Origin: Octopus sinensis
Taxonomy: Eukaryota
Reading direction: 5' to 3'
DNA: 64,000 bases
Assembly (NCBI RefSeq): GCF_006345805.1
Contig: NC_043000.1
Location: 60,140,001-60,204,000, forward strand
Shown in pieces: positions 47,926-61,178 of the stretch. Position 1 is the stretch's first letter, and every line of letters begins with the position of its first letter. The notes under the pieces are model-generated. The model was not told the origin of the DNA, searched no databases, and saw only the letters and a list, made by a program, of their open reading frames with translations. A program made the translations under genes and the position numbers.

Positions 47926-50900
47926 TTAACTACATTGCTGAAGCTAAAATAATGTATAGATGGATTTGTTAGGGTCTTGCTAGTTGGCAATAATGCTTTG
48001 CATGAAAGGAAACAATGATAGCTCTGCTAAATAAAAGAACAATTGCTAAAGGAAGAATTGTGAATGGTAAAACAACAGTCAATAAAATATCAAGCCTTTT
48101 AGCATAAAACAGCAATAATGCTACAACAATCAACTAAATTGGTAGTTATTCTTCTGCAGAAGAAAAACATCGGCAACTGTCTGGGAATATTACCTAGAAT
48201 TTATTTTAGTTGTTAAGATAGACTAATAGAAAAAATTCAGTTAAAAGGTAGTATATATGATTCTTAATATTACTTGTGCAAATTTAGTTACACTAAACCA
48301 ATCAAAATGTCTTTTTTTTTTTTTTTTTTTTTTTCCCCTTTTTGTAATTTCAACTTCTGCAGTTCTTTCTCACTTAAACAAAGAAACTAGTGCAATTTCA
48401 AGTATCTGTCATAGATTTGTATCAGGAAAGATTTTCACTTAAGTAGATTTAATTAGTCTACTTAGTAATACAGTAGAGAGTAGCAGAACAAGATGAAAAT
48501 ATGATTTCAAAATCTTTATAGACTGCATTCTTTTAAATGTATATATTTTTCATTAATTTAATAGATTTAAAAATGTCTTAATTAAAACTATTCAATGGGT
48601 TGGGGAAAGCCTTATTAAAAATCCTTACCCATGCTAGCATGGAGAAAGGACATTAAACGATGATGATGATGATGAAAACTAATTATGTTTAAAACAATAA
48701 TCTGCTTATGACTATAAGCAGCTATTTTGTTGGTTTGAAAGGGTTAAATTAAATCTTGTCTCTTAATTTTGAAAATTTCAACAATACTAAGAATAAACAG
48801 ATGTAGAAGGAAACCTTTCAATGTTTTCACTTTTATTTTCCTTAGCAGCAAAAGCTGGGTGGTCCTTGAAATTTAGTCATTTCAAAGAATTTTACAAAAG
48901 CCTGCCAGTACTTAAACCAATTTATTCAACTATGACATGCAGTTGGTATCCATTCCCTTCATAGAAAATGAACTAAACAGTTACACCAATCAGTTTGACA
49001 CAAGAAAGTGGATATGTTAACAAAATCTAGTAATAAAAATATATGTTGATAATGGAAATTAGTTACTTTTTTTTTAAGTAAATACACAAATTCTGCTTTC
49101 AATTTAATTGCCATAAAATAGTAACTCAGAGTAAATTAGCACTTTTAAGACACAATTGTCAAATGTTTAAATATTTATATGCAAATATCAGATGTTTGGC
49201 AATTTTCAATTTACAATCATCTAGTTCAATTTCCAAATTTTCAGTAAATTTCCAGTTTAGCAAAATATTGTAGTTAAACAGTAAATAACAGTATAAAAGG
49301 AAATAAGGAAAAGGAATCTATTAAAATCAAAAGAAATTTGTTCAAATACAAGATATTACCAATCTTGATGTTATTTTATTTGCAACTTATTTTCACTGCT
49401 AATTTGAACAAAATTCTGAAAATCCTGTCTAGTGAAAGCATAAAAAAGAAATTACAAACCAATTTCAATAGAAATTCCTAATGTATAGCAAATATAACCA
49501 TTTATAAATATAGAATTTGAATAATTTTTTATAAAATAGAAGAGATATATGACAATTTGGGAAAACCTCATTTTCATTCATAGTGGATGCAAAGAACTTT
49601 CTGAAGCAATATGCAAAGATAGTTAATTCAGTGGGGTTACTTTTCAAGCTTTTGGAATCCCATTACTAAACTAACAATTTCTGACAAGTTCATGAAAACA
49701 AATCTGATACACACTGAAGCTGATTCTGCTTATATGCCACACAGACACCCCAACAAGGTGGTTTTCAAAAGATAAGTATTATTACAGCATAAGAGCAGTA
49801 GCAGAAACTTTAAAGGCATATGAGTGTGTATGAAGTGAGAAGTAATTAATGCAAACAGTTCTTCAATCCCAACTTATTACTCCCTTCTGTTATAACAAAA
49901 TACAAATGCACTAAGAAGGAAGCCTTTTACTTTACTTTACTCAACCTGTTAGAAATAGCAGTCAAATCTCTCCTATGACATCCAAGTGCCTTAAACAAAG
50001 AAATGACATAATAGGAAATGGTAGTCATAGACATCCAATAAAAAGACAGGATGGTCACAGCTGGAATGCCTTTAATCATAAAGTCATGTCAGTCAGAAAT
50101 GACCTGAGGATAAGAACAATAAAAAGAAAAAAAATTAAAGCTGAATACCATAAGGTTTAAGGAAAGGGAAAAAAGAAACAGAATCTCTGATTCCAGATTC
50201 AGTAAAAGAGAACAACTATCATCAGTAAAGTAACATTCCAAACTTATCTGTGGTTATCACTAGACTTACAAGGAACCTAAAAATACCAATAACAAAAACC
50301 TCCAACTAAAAAACATTAACCAAAAATATCCCTAAACAATTACACCATTTGCTGAAGAGAAACCAAGTTTTATACCTAAAAATGGAGCAAGATACAATAT
50401 TATCTCTTATGAGACACAGAAAGCATTTAACATTAAAGAAGAGAAATGGGGCTATTTTTATTCATTTTGTTTTTTTTTAAATATTTGGCTAGTTTTTTTG
50501 CATATTTTTGCTAGTCTTTTTTTTACTGTACATGACACTGTACAATAGCATTCTTTGTTAAACTCAGTTTTTAAAGCCTAGAAATTAAGTTCATTGTTTT
50601 TTGTTTTTTTTACTTTTTTTTTTGGTAAGGATATATTTTCTATGATATATTTTAAATAATTACTAAACAATACTATAATACTATACTACAGAACAGAAGA
50701 GAATAATAAAATAAAAACATAGCTTGGACATATATCTAAGTGTTCACAATATACTTTCAACACTGAGAAAGCAATATTGTTAAATATTAACATCAGTTCC
50801 TAAGCAAAAATTGTGAATTGTTAAAACTATTCAAACACACACACACACACAAACACACGTGTGTGTGTGTATAAGCAGTAACACAGTAAGCATAGTGTTT

Positions 50901-51748
50901 AAAGGTGGAAGAGTGGGGGCAGTTAATAATAGGGTGTTCAGTTGTAGTATACATAGCAGCAGTACAGATAGTGACTGCACCAATAATACTTCCAAGATAT
51001 CTGTATGGTTTATCCATGTGAACCAATATTTCAGAGCAACTGAAATTGGTGGTGGGAATTTGACATATGTGCCCCCTTATTTTAAATGTCAAAAGCATTT
51101 TTAGTGATATAATATGTAGTCAGAGACTGCTGAAAGCCAAAACTATAAAAATGACTATAGCCAATTCTGGCTTCATAAAATAATTCCTTCCCTCCTCTGC
51201 ACACATACATCATACATATAAATGTGAGTGTATGTGTGTGAGTGTGACAAAGCTATATTTCAGAAATTGTGCATGTTTCAAGATCAGGCCGAATTTGAGA
51301 AAAAATTACATGAAATATACATTCCCCTACTTCAATAAGATAATATTTTGAATTATGATAATATAAATGAATAGAAATAGATTCTTTTATCAAAATAATT
51401 TAAATAAATAAAAGCAGAATCTTTTATAAAAAGATAATATAAAATAATTAAAAATGGGTTCTTTAATAAATATCTAAATATCAAAACCTTTAATCATAAT
51501 CACAAAACTAAAGTCTTTTTCTTACACTAAAATTGGAAAGTGTATGTGTAAACATGAGGTATATCAGTAAAGTTATGGAAAGATTTCTTCCTTAATGTAA
51601 AGCATATATAACTGAAATGCCTTCTCCTTATCAGAATAGCAGAATGGTAGTGGATATATAGAAACCTGGGAGAAAAATAGCTAAGAAATATATTGCTGTG
51701 TAAATAATAAAGAGAGAAACTTATATATATGCTATTCAAACTGAAAAG

Positions 51749-51797
<49 letters not shown>

Positions 51798-51944
51798 TTT
51801 GTTGTTTCTTTAACAATTACAACATGAAATAGGAAGGAAGTATACTTGTGTTGCCTGCATGTGCATATGAACACACAAACATACATGTACATATGATGTA
51901 TGTCTGTACATACATACATACACACATATATCTATTTATACATA

Positions 51945-52330
51945 TACTCTTTTACATGTTTCAGTCATTTGACTGCGGCCATGCTGGAGCACCGCCTTTA
52001 GTTGAACAAATTGACCTCAGGACTTATTCTTTGTAAGCATGGTATCTATTCTATCTGTCTCTTTTGCCGAACTGCTAAGTTTCAGGGTCATAAACACACC
52101 AGCACTGGTTGTCAAGCGATGGGGGTGGGGTGGGGACAAACACAGACACACATGAATATATACATATAAATACGATAGGCTTCTTTCAGTTTCCATCTAC
52201 CAAATCCACTCACAAGGCTTTGGTTGGCCCAAGGCTATAGTAGAAGACACTTGCCCAAGTTGCCATGCAATGGGACTGAACCCAGAACCATGTGGTTGGG
52301 AAGCAAGCTTCTTACCACACAGCCAAGCCT
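51945..52330 (-). mobile_element. SINE family A, fairly young full-length copy ~1 kb into the intron after the giant exon
   Basis: cttttacatgtttcagtcatttgactgcggccatgctggagcaccgcc..cttaccacacagcc. Confidence 0.9.
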
Positions 52331-53291
52331 GTGCCTCATATGCACACACACATATATATATATATACATTTATATGTATATATGAGTGGTGTATATACAG
52401 ACACACACATACACACAAACATGTATGTACATATGTCTCTGTATGTATATTCATAGTAGTGTATATACACACACACATACATATATATATATATGCTGTT
52501 AGAGTTGTGACAAATTACTTATACTTACTGATGAAAGGACTCAATACTGTTGACAGTGTCAAATTAATTATATAAAGGGGATGGGGTTTTGCTTCTTGAG
52601 CTTTAGTCAAAAACTCCTTGTGTGTGTGAGTAAAAACGCATACACACACTAGCCCGATACCCACCAAAAATGATAAGGTTATTTGAATACAGATAAAAAA
52701 TTATGAAAATTCAATACATGTAAAAAGAGTAAGCTTGAGTTTGTGACATTAATTTATTCATAAAATTATACTGAGAAAGCTAAGCAGTTGGTCAAAAAGC
52801 AATCAGATGAAAGAGACTGTGGGGCAAAACATAGCTTTCAATGTATGTGTGTACACCTAGTAAGGTGAACTCTATTACCCAATCACTTTTTATCTATCAA
52901 ACACACTATTTTACTCAGTCACACTAGCTAGCAATCTGCCTTAATATATATTTTAGTGTATCTCAATAATCACAATTGTAGAAACAGACAACTGAAATCT
53001 TCATTCAAGAGTCAACTTCTAAAATACAATAATAGAATAAAGATTGCCAATTTCACTTTATCACCAGATTCATTTACTACAAGATCTTACATGTATGTAA
53101 ATGTGAAATTTTTTTATAATAACAAAAGATAAAATAAAAGGTTTCAAATTTACTCTAGAAGTAAATTTACACACATGTGTATGTGTGTAAAGGGAGGTTG
53201 TGCACAACAAGGACAGAAACCATCAGATATTAGTAGTGTGACACTGGTTATAATATAATATTAATAAATGAAAAGGTGGGAAAAATAAATT

Positions 53292-53297
53292 ACTTAC
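53292..53297 (-). promoter_or_regulatory. 5' splice site ending the giant exon (GGG|GTAAGT, phase 0)
   Basis: Perfect donor consensus. Coding-like composition stops abruptly here and AT-rich sequence follows. Confidence 0.85.
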
Positions 53298-56200
53298 CCC
53301 ATAGGTAGATGAATCACTAGCTCTCAATTTCTGATGTGACCCAACTTGGTAGAATTCAGACAAGGTACTCCTATCAGACCAACAAGCTCGAGCAAATTCG
53401 CTGGCATCTAAATAGAAATCCATGGATGACATTAAACCTTCAGGAGAATCCTCGTTTGAAGAGTATCCCTGTCCTTTCAGTTTGATGTTGTTTTTATCTT
53501 TGGTCTGTTTTAAATCATCATAACTTATTTTGGTGATAGAATCCAGTGATTCTGAACTTTCTGATTCAGAATTTTCATAAATAGAAGATCGAATAATGTT
53601 TGCATAAACTGATCGAGACGTGGGTAAATTTCTGTATGTTCTTTTTCCATCAAAATAGAGTTCGTTCTCACTTTTGCTTAAGTCACTTTCAGATTTATTC
53701 TGTGACAATTTCTTCCAAGATTCATTCAATAATGTTGGTGAACCAATAATGCTGAAAATTTCATCACATAAAGAACCAACTTCTCTAGGTGAAGAACCAT
53801 AAATATCTTGCTCTAACATGGGCATATCTTTTTGATTTCCTAATGATGATTCTGTTTCCTCAGATGCATGGTAGGCATCTGAACTGTTTGCAAAATTCAT
53901 TTCTTGTTTCTCTGTATGTTTATTTTTTATTTTATTTCTTTCCATATCTGTACTTAATCCTGGGCTTTTTCCTTGAGGTATATCCATTGGCAGGGACTGA
54001 GAATCAATGAGTTTTCTAGGAGAGTCAATTTCATTTACTACTTCTTTGCTGTGGATTGGTAGTGCATCATCTGAATCATGTTGCATCCTTTTATTTGCAT
54101 TCACTGGTTCACAGTTTAAATATGGTACACACTCTTCAGCATTAGCAGGTAAAATATCATATTCATCTGTAATAGGAACCCAATCCATATCTGAAGGTTG
54201 CGCAATGCCTGAATCTATTAATCGTCCACTATCAGTATCATTTGTGGTTACAATGTCTGAAACAGCCATTGATACATTATCAAACTCATGAAGTGGATGT
54301 TCAAAACCTGAATCAATAAGCGGTTCACATTTCAACTCATCAACAGAAGAATGTGTGCTGGGGTCATCTGTAATAGTATCCAAATCAACAGCTGTTTCAT
54401 ATTCACTAATAGAAGTTGATTCAATCACTGAAGGATGAGGAAGTTGCTCCATGCTATTTTCTTGTAAATCCAATATGGATTCCATCTCTTTGCTTTTAAA
54501 TTTTGTGTTCACTGAACTAAGTGTATCCTGCATAGGAGTGACTTCAGGAAGATCTTGAGATGCACTATTCTTTAGCTTAACTGAAGCAATGCTAACAATG
54601 TTGGAATCACATACAGTTTCATCCATATCAACAAATGGTATGTCATCCACAATTTCTGGTGAATAAGTCTTCTGTTCTGTAATAACTGGTTGAACAGTTT
54701 CAGTCTGCAAAGTTAGCTCAGCTTGTGATTTATGTGTCATCTCAGCCTCAGTTATCTCAGTTTTTCCATAATCCTTTATTTTTGAGTTGGTGTCAAGAGA
54801 AAGAATATTTATTTCAGATGGCTGGCCATCAACAGAATCATAAGATTCTTTACTGCTTGTAATATCTCCCAACACAGTTTTGTGCATTTTTAAATTTTCA
54901 TGAGTGAATTCTTCTTCATTATTTCCAAAGACTTCTTCTTCGAGTACAGGGCTCTGATTAAACAATTCCATTGTGCATTTAGAAATTTCTTCAAAATTAC
55001 TACTTTGTTCTTGCTTTAAAGTCAAGGAATTTTCTTCAAAACTATCACTCTTCATAATCTGTGCTGAGGAATATTTCTCAATAAAACTGTGTTCTCCATC
55101 ACTGTTTGGAGTAACTGGTGTAGATTTCAAAATGTAATCCTGATATTTTTCAGATGGAATACTTGAACCATCATCAAGGATATATCCTCTTCTCCATTTG
55201 CCTTCATGTTTGATCCAAGATTCTTTTATTGGTGAAACTATTTCATCTGTCTTTGGACTTAGGTTTTGCAATGTGTCAGCTTTTGGTATGTTTAATGCTA
55301 AAGAAGAATTAGTTTTTGTAGGGCTAATATTTTCATTAATACTCCCAGGGATTGTACAAAAAGCATCCAATCTTTTAAAACTTGGTGACCTTTCTTTTCT
55401 ATCAATTGAAACCTTTGTAGGAGAGGGTGATTTAATATCCTTGCTTGATACTGATTCTGTTTGCCCACAAAGTTCAAGAATTTTCTGTTTCCTTAGATTG
55501 AGAGTTCCCTGAAGTTGCCGAAGTGTGAAATCCTGATTGGAATTATCATTGGTTTTCTTTACTCCTTCATTCTTGAGAATAACAAAACCTCCATCTTCTA
55601 TTTCCATTTCTTGAGAAATATCATTATTACAAATATTGACATCCAAAGAATCAAATTCATTTTTATATCCATATTTAAGGCTATTAGTATATGCTCTCTG
55701 CACATCTTCATTAAAGTTGAAGTTTGTTTCAAGTAAGTTTTTATCATCTAAAACAGTATTTCCAGACAAACAGTTTTTAGTTTGACTTTTAAAGTTACCA
55801 AGTTTCACATCAGCAGGTCTTTGTTGGATATTCTCAGCTAGGGAATCAGTATGAAAACAGGGTTCCAATTGATGGGAATGCAAATAAGAATCTTTGTTAA
55901 TCCTTTTTTCATTACATCCTGATATTAGTTGTTGATCAGATTTACCAAAATCAGTTTCCTCAGATTTTGTTCTTAACTGCAAATGCTCAAGGCTTGGAGA
56001 TATTTCCTCTGATAAAATATCTGGAGCATCATCTTCACTTATTTGTGTTTGTAACTGCCTCAGAATACTTTCATGTAAATTTCCATGAATTCGTGAGGAG
56101 GTATTGCTAGATTCAATACTGGGAGACTGGTCAAGCAGTTCTTCAACATCCTCTCCAATACTAGATTCAGCTATATTTTCTAGTGTGATTGATGTACTAA

Positions 56201-59200
56201 GATTTTCATATTGACTGTCTGTTTCTGCTTCAATTGAGAACCATAAATTTTGTGTTTCATTACTATCCAGCGTCACTTCAGCAAGATCTTCTCCAGCATC
56301 CACAATTGGACGTTCACCGATTATATCATCATTTGTAAAATGAGTTGATTCTTCATTATAATTCCTCTCATCGGTCACAACATAATCCTGTTCTTCTACT
56401 ATAATCTCATCTTCACCATCTGGACTCCCAGACACTTGTAAAGTACTGTCTTCAATTTCTATAAGGACACCTTCAGTTTCACCTTCTGCAATATCACTAA
56501 CATGTTTACAGGTACCGCTTAGCTCATCCACATTGCTGATGTCATTCAGTTGAGAGGTTTCCTGGTCAAATATTTCCTGTACATCACTGAGAGGTGTGAC
56601 AGCACCATCACTGATATCTTTGAAGCTACTGCTGTCATTACTGCAGGGGCTGAGCATCTGACCAGCAAGGAATCCCATTTCAGATGGTAAGAATGGGCCT
56701 GTCATCTGCCTGGTTGCATTAGAATTCAGTTGTTGTTGTTGTTGTTCCATAAACAGTGTGGCAGTACTCCTTGATAAATCACCTTTTTCACACATGACAT
56801 CTCTGTCGTAGGTCTGGGTTCTTGTCTGAGATGTATGAAGATCTCCTAGTTGTAGTTTAGAGGACTGGATCCCTGGTTGGTCTGCCATTTCCTGAAGGCT
56901 GGAATTGGTAACATCAGCTTTTATTGTTGCTGCAAGTATTGTTGTTGTTGTTGTCACAGCAACTTCACCAAAACTTATCTGTTGCTTAAACCGAGCTTCT
57001 TCACCAACATTTACTTGTGTGAATGATGTTGGTCTGTCTCTTTCTCTTTGCAACAGTTTGTTGACAGGGCAGTCGACAGCTTCCTCATCGCTTCTCTCAG
57101 CTCCTGCGAGTTCTCCTTCAGTATCGTCTCCCCTCAGAACTGTAGTAGTTTTGGTAGCTGTCACATCTTTACTTGTTCTGTCTGTAGCAGAAACTGGGTT
57201 ACAACCACCACTACCACTGTTTTCATTCCTCGAAATATTGTGGTGGGCTATTTGGGGCGGGGTGAACTCTACTACTGGCATCCCATGCCCTGCCACTCTG
57301 TAAATGTCAGCTGACTTAAATACAACCACTGATGCTTTCTCTTCTAAGTTTTCACTCTCACCCACTGCTTTTTCCTCCCCATCTTCTTCCGCCTGCTTTT
57401 GATTTTGTCCCTCTTCAAATTCAAAGCTATACACACATTTACTATCATTAATACTATGAAGCTGTGGACTAGACTGAGCACCCCTCCCATCATCTGTTGA
57501 TAAATTTTTAAAACTATTCTCAGTTCCAGTAGATTGGTGTGGGGGATGATAATGGTGTTGAGGGGGATGGTGGGGATATTGCTGATGGGGGCAGGGCTGT
57601 CCATAATGTTTCTGTGGCTGCTGATAACCACAGCTGGAAAGATTACAGTCATAACTAGCTTCATAGTCAAAAGTTTTATCAGAATAAGCATCAGATTTAA
57701 TTACACCATGGTCTGATAATTTTAGTTTTACTCTGTTTTCCTCTGTGTCTTCTTTTCTCTCCATTTCCTCTTTTTCTTCTTTTTCACTACACTCATCCTC
57801 ACTGGTGTTAGTCTGGTAGCTGCTGGTAACTTCTCTGCAAGCATGGACAGCTGACTGTGTGCACTGGAAGCCAGTGTGCTTGTCGGTGTAGTTGTCACTA
57901 GAAGAGGTCACAAGAGATCCATTATACACATAGTCCTCATGTAAACTGATGTCCAGGGCAGAAGCTGAAGAACTAGTTTGATAACTTTCCGAAGCATCAA
58001 CATCAGAGAGGTGGTTGGGGTTTGAAACATTGTCTAAATCTCCGACATGTACACTGGGCCCAGATATGCTTTCATCAGAAAGGGCCTCGGTTATAATCAT
58101 GTAGTCATCATAAGCAAAATTTTCAGAAATATTTGGTTTTGTTGATGAGCTATCTTTGTCAACTTTATCTTCATTTTCAGGTGCATCATCTAGTTCTTTA
58201 TAATGTAGTTCCGAATTTTCTACCTCATTAACAGAAAGTGTATTCCTAGTTTTATCCAGCTGTAACCGATTACTGTCATAGGTTGCTTTTCCCTGAAAGT
58301 TTTTGCCAGCTGTCTGACTGACCACATTATGAGACTGAGCCTCTAACAACTTAGACTTTTTAATACCAGATGAAGCTTTAGAAGAAGCAGTAGGCAAATT
58401 AGAAGTCACTTTATGGTCACTAAAACCTCGACTTGTTTTTGCTACAAGTTTCTTTTTTGATAATGGTTCAATAGCTTCATTTGATTTTAATGATGTAGTT
58501 TTTTTACCTGTAGCTGGTATACTCTTTTTAATCTGAGATCTATCAATATTAGTGGTTGGTTTGCCCTCCTGGTTGCTACCTAGCCCCACACCTGTTCTCC
58601 GCTCAGTAACTGCAGAGGTGGTAGGGCGGACATTACTTAATTTTTTATTGTCCAGTTTATCAGCTGCAGTTGCAGCAGTAGGAATTGAACTGCTGCTGCT
58701 GCCACTAATTCTGCTAGCCTTCAATAAAGACATACCACCACTGTATTTTTCCTTTTGGTGAACCAAACCTCCATTGCTAATGCTTTGAGTGGGAGTTAAT
58801 TTTTTATTGTGCGAAATACCTTTTTGTTGAAGTGTACTGTCAGAAGTGGTGACACTATTATTGCGAGATTTAACTGACAAATTTTCACAACTTGCTTGTA
58901 ACACATTTTTTTTCTTCTTTGCTAAATTTTCACAACTTTTTCCAAATGAGTTTTGAATTTTGTTTGACAAATTCTCGGAACTGACTGTCTTTAAACTTTC
59001 TTTGTTTTGAATTCTGCTACCTAATCTAGTTGTGCTGTTAACTGAAAGATCAGATGCTGAATCAGCAACTTTCTTTTGCCTCAGTGACAGACCACTACTT
59101 TTTGTAGCTGTTGTATTAGATCTGCCAGTAGGAGGAATACTCGATTTATTGGAATTATTTCTTAAAGAACCTGTGCTCACAGCTCTTTGTAAGTTTTCAG

Positions 59201-61178
59201 TGTTAACTCGTGACGTTAAACGTGAATGTGCAGGAGATGACTTGGATGGGTGAGACAAAGCAGAATTACTAGTTCGAGAGACAGTTGTGGATGAGGTGGT
59301 ACGGCTTAGCATGGACGGTTTTTTCTGTAGTTTTGTTTCTGCTTTAGACACAGCTAAACGTGAACAGGAACTCGTAAGAATTTTACTAGTTTTCCCAAGC
59401 CCACCTTTAGTGGAACTTGGAAGACAAATAGACGATTTAACCGATGAAGTGGATAACTGGGAACAAAAAGAAGAATGGCTAGCATGGCTGGACTCTGAAT
59501 CTGACCGAAGACGGAATTTATCATTTAATTCATTAACTACTTTCACTTCATCAATAGCCGATTCACTATCTTCTGGTAACTCTTCAGACAGAACTGCAGA
59601 AATATGTTTATCAACTGAAATTAATTCATTACAATTTTTAGAACTTATATCACTGGTTGTTTGATGTTTAGTTTTACTTAATGCTGTGTTACGATGTATC
59701 TTAGAACTACTAACAGATTTACCCACGTTGATATTTTTTAAATTTGATGTATTTTTATCACCTTGTTTCTTAACATTCGTATCCCCATTAACAAGAGAAG
59801 ATTTTTTACCTGTGCATTTAGACGGAAGTCTACTACTGTCAGCACTTGTCTGTTGGGTGGTTTGTTTGTTAAGGGAGATCCTGGTGGTCTGATCAATCAA
59901 AGTAGATTTTCCACGAGGAAGCTGGCTGGATTTCACAGAATGTTTAGTCCCTGTACTCATGTTTGTCTTTTGTTTCTGTTGAACAGGTATTTTGCAAGGA
60001 GATGAACTTTTTTTCATTTCAACACGATTACCGGCGGATACACCACCGTAGTCCGAAGATAAAATAATTTCACCAGAACCTTCACCGGAGACTCCGTCAC
60101 ACTTTCGGTAGACTGTTGAGTTATGAAATCCGTCAGCAGGTTGGTTGTTAATAATTTTGGTAGAATCCATGTTAGGGCCTGCATTGAAATTTATCCGCGT
60201 TTCCGAACCCGACTCGATATCTCCACAAACATCATTTGAAGAAATAACAACATTATCAGACTTATCACTACCGCACAGCAGTTGTTGTAACGACTCTGCT
60301 TCTCTCGCTACTGACTGTGCACTTGGGAAATTTGCAGTTATACACCTGTAATTGGTCGATTTGTTTGAAAAGTTCTGTCGTGTTTCACGTTTGTCAGAAT
60401 AGTATTTGTATTGACAACACAAACGATCACTGTTTCCATACAGAGAATGTTTAGTTTGAGGAGGTAAATACAGAGGTATACTGACCGGTTTCGTTTTCAG
60501 TTCCAACAGCGCAAGTTCCGCTGTTCCAGTGTCTGCGATAGGCTTTTCCCCGCCGTCTCCGTCACCGCTACTACCACTGTTGCTGCTGGCTATACCAACG
60601 TAGTTGGAATAGGTTGGTAAAAGTGACCGTATTGCCGTGGATGTGGGGTGGTCGTGTACTGCTGCTTGCTCTATCAATAAGACAGAGCTACTACTACTAC
60701 TACGGTTGCCGCTATACTTCCTATGTAACAGACTATCAGCATGGATAAACAACGGTAGCGAACCCTCTTTCAGAACGGTTTCGTTACAAACAACTGGTAT
60801 ATGATCTGTGTGAGTTGTTGATGAAGTTGTTGTTGTTGTTGATGATGTTGTTGCCGCCGCATTAGACAGTTCATTTCCGCGATAGCCTAAAGTACAAACA
60901 CCGCAGTCGATCGCTTGGTTAGTGCTTACTCGACAGGTTTCCTTATCAGAGTCAAAAGTATCACTACTTTTCCACGATCTTTCTCTCTTGCTTACCTTAA
61001 ATGCAAGTGGTCCTTGCAACGCAGGTACTGTCAGTAGTTGTAATAATAACGTTACTTTTGTTAGTACCGGAGTTGGTGTAGTAATGATGATTAGTTGTAC
61101 AGCAGTCACAGCAGTAAGTAGCTTCGATACATGGTGGCCCCTTTGTTGAAGAGTAGGAAGAAAGCAGCCCCAAATGAT
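53298..61178 (-). CDS. Giant coding exon (~2,600 codons) for a Ser/Thr-rich, probably disordered region of an unidentified protein
   Basis: Stop-free frame from 61178 to 53223, ending at a canonical donor at 53297. First in-frame ATG at 60170. No folded domain recognised. Basic N-terminal and acidic C-terminal halves. Confidence 0.88.
60990..60995 (-). promoter_or_regulatory. Candidate alternative 5' splice site (AAG|GTAAGC), phase 0 in the giant ORF frame
   Basis: Near-perfect donor consensus, 7698 nt (2566 codons) upstream of the distal donor. Confidence 0.45.

Noticed and set aside
50833-50872. (CA)n-(TG)n inverted microsatellite hairpin
   Set aside because: Simple-repeat juxtaposition, common in this kind of genome.
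3374-52575. Most 60-130 aa ORFs in the supplied track
   Set aside because: They derive from microsatellites (YIYI, HTHT, CVCV), SINE bodies or AT-rich noise and lack splice or homology support.
54190-54320. DSGFEH and DSGIAQPS as beta-TrCP degrons
   Set aside because: Neither matches the canonical DSGxxS spacing and the surrounding sequence is very Ser/Asp-rich.
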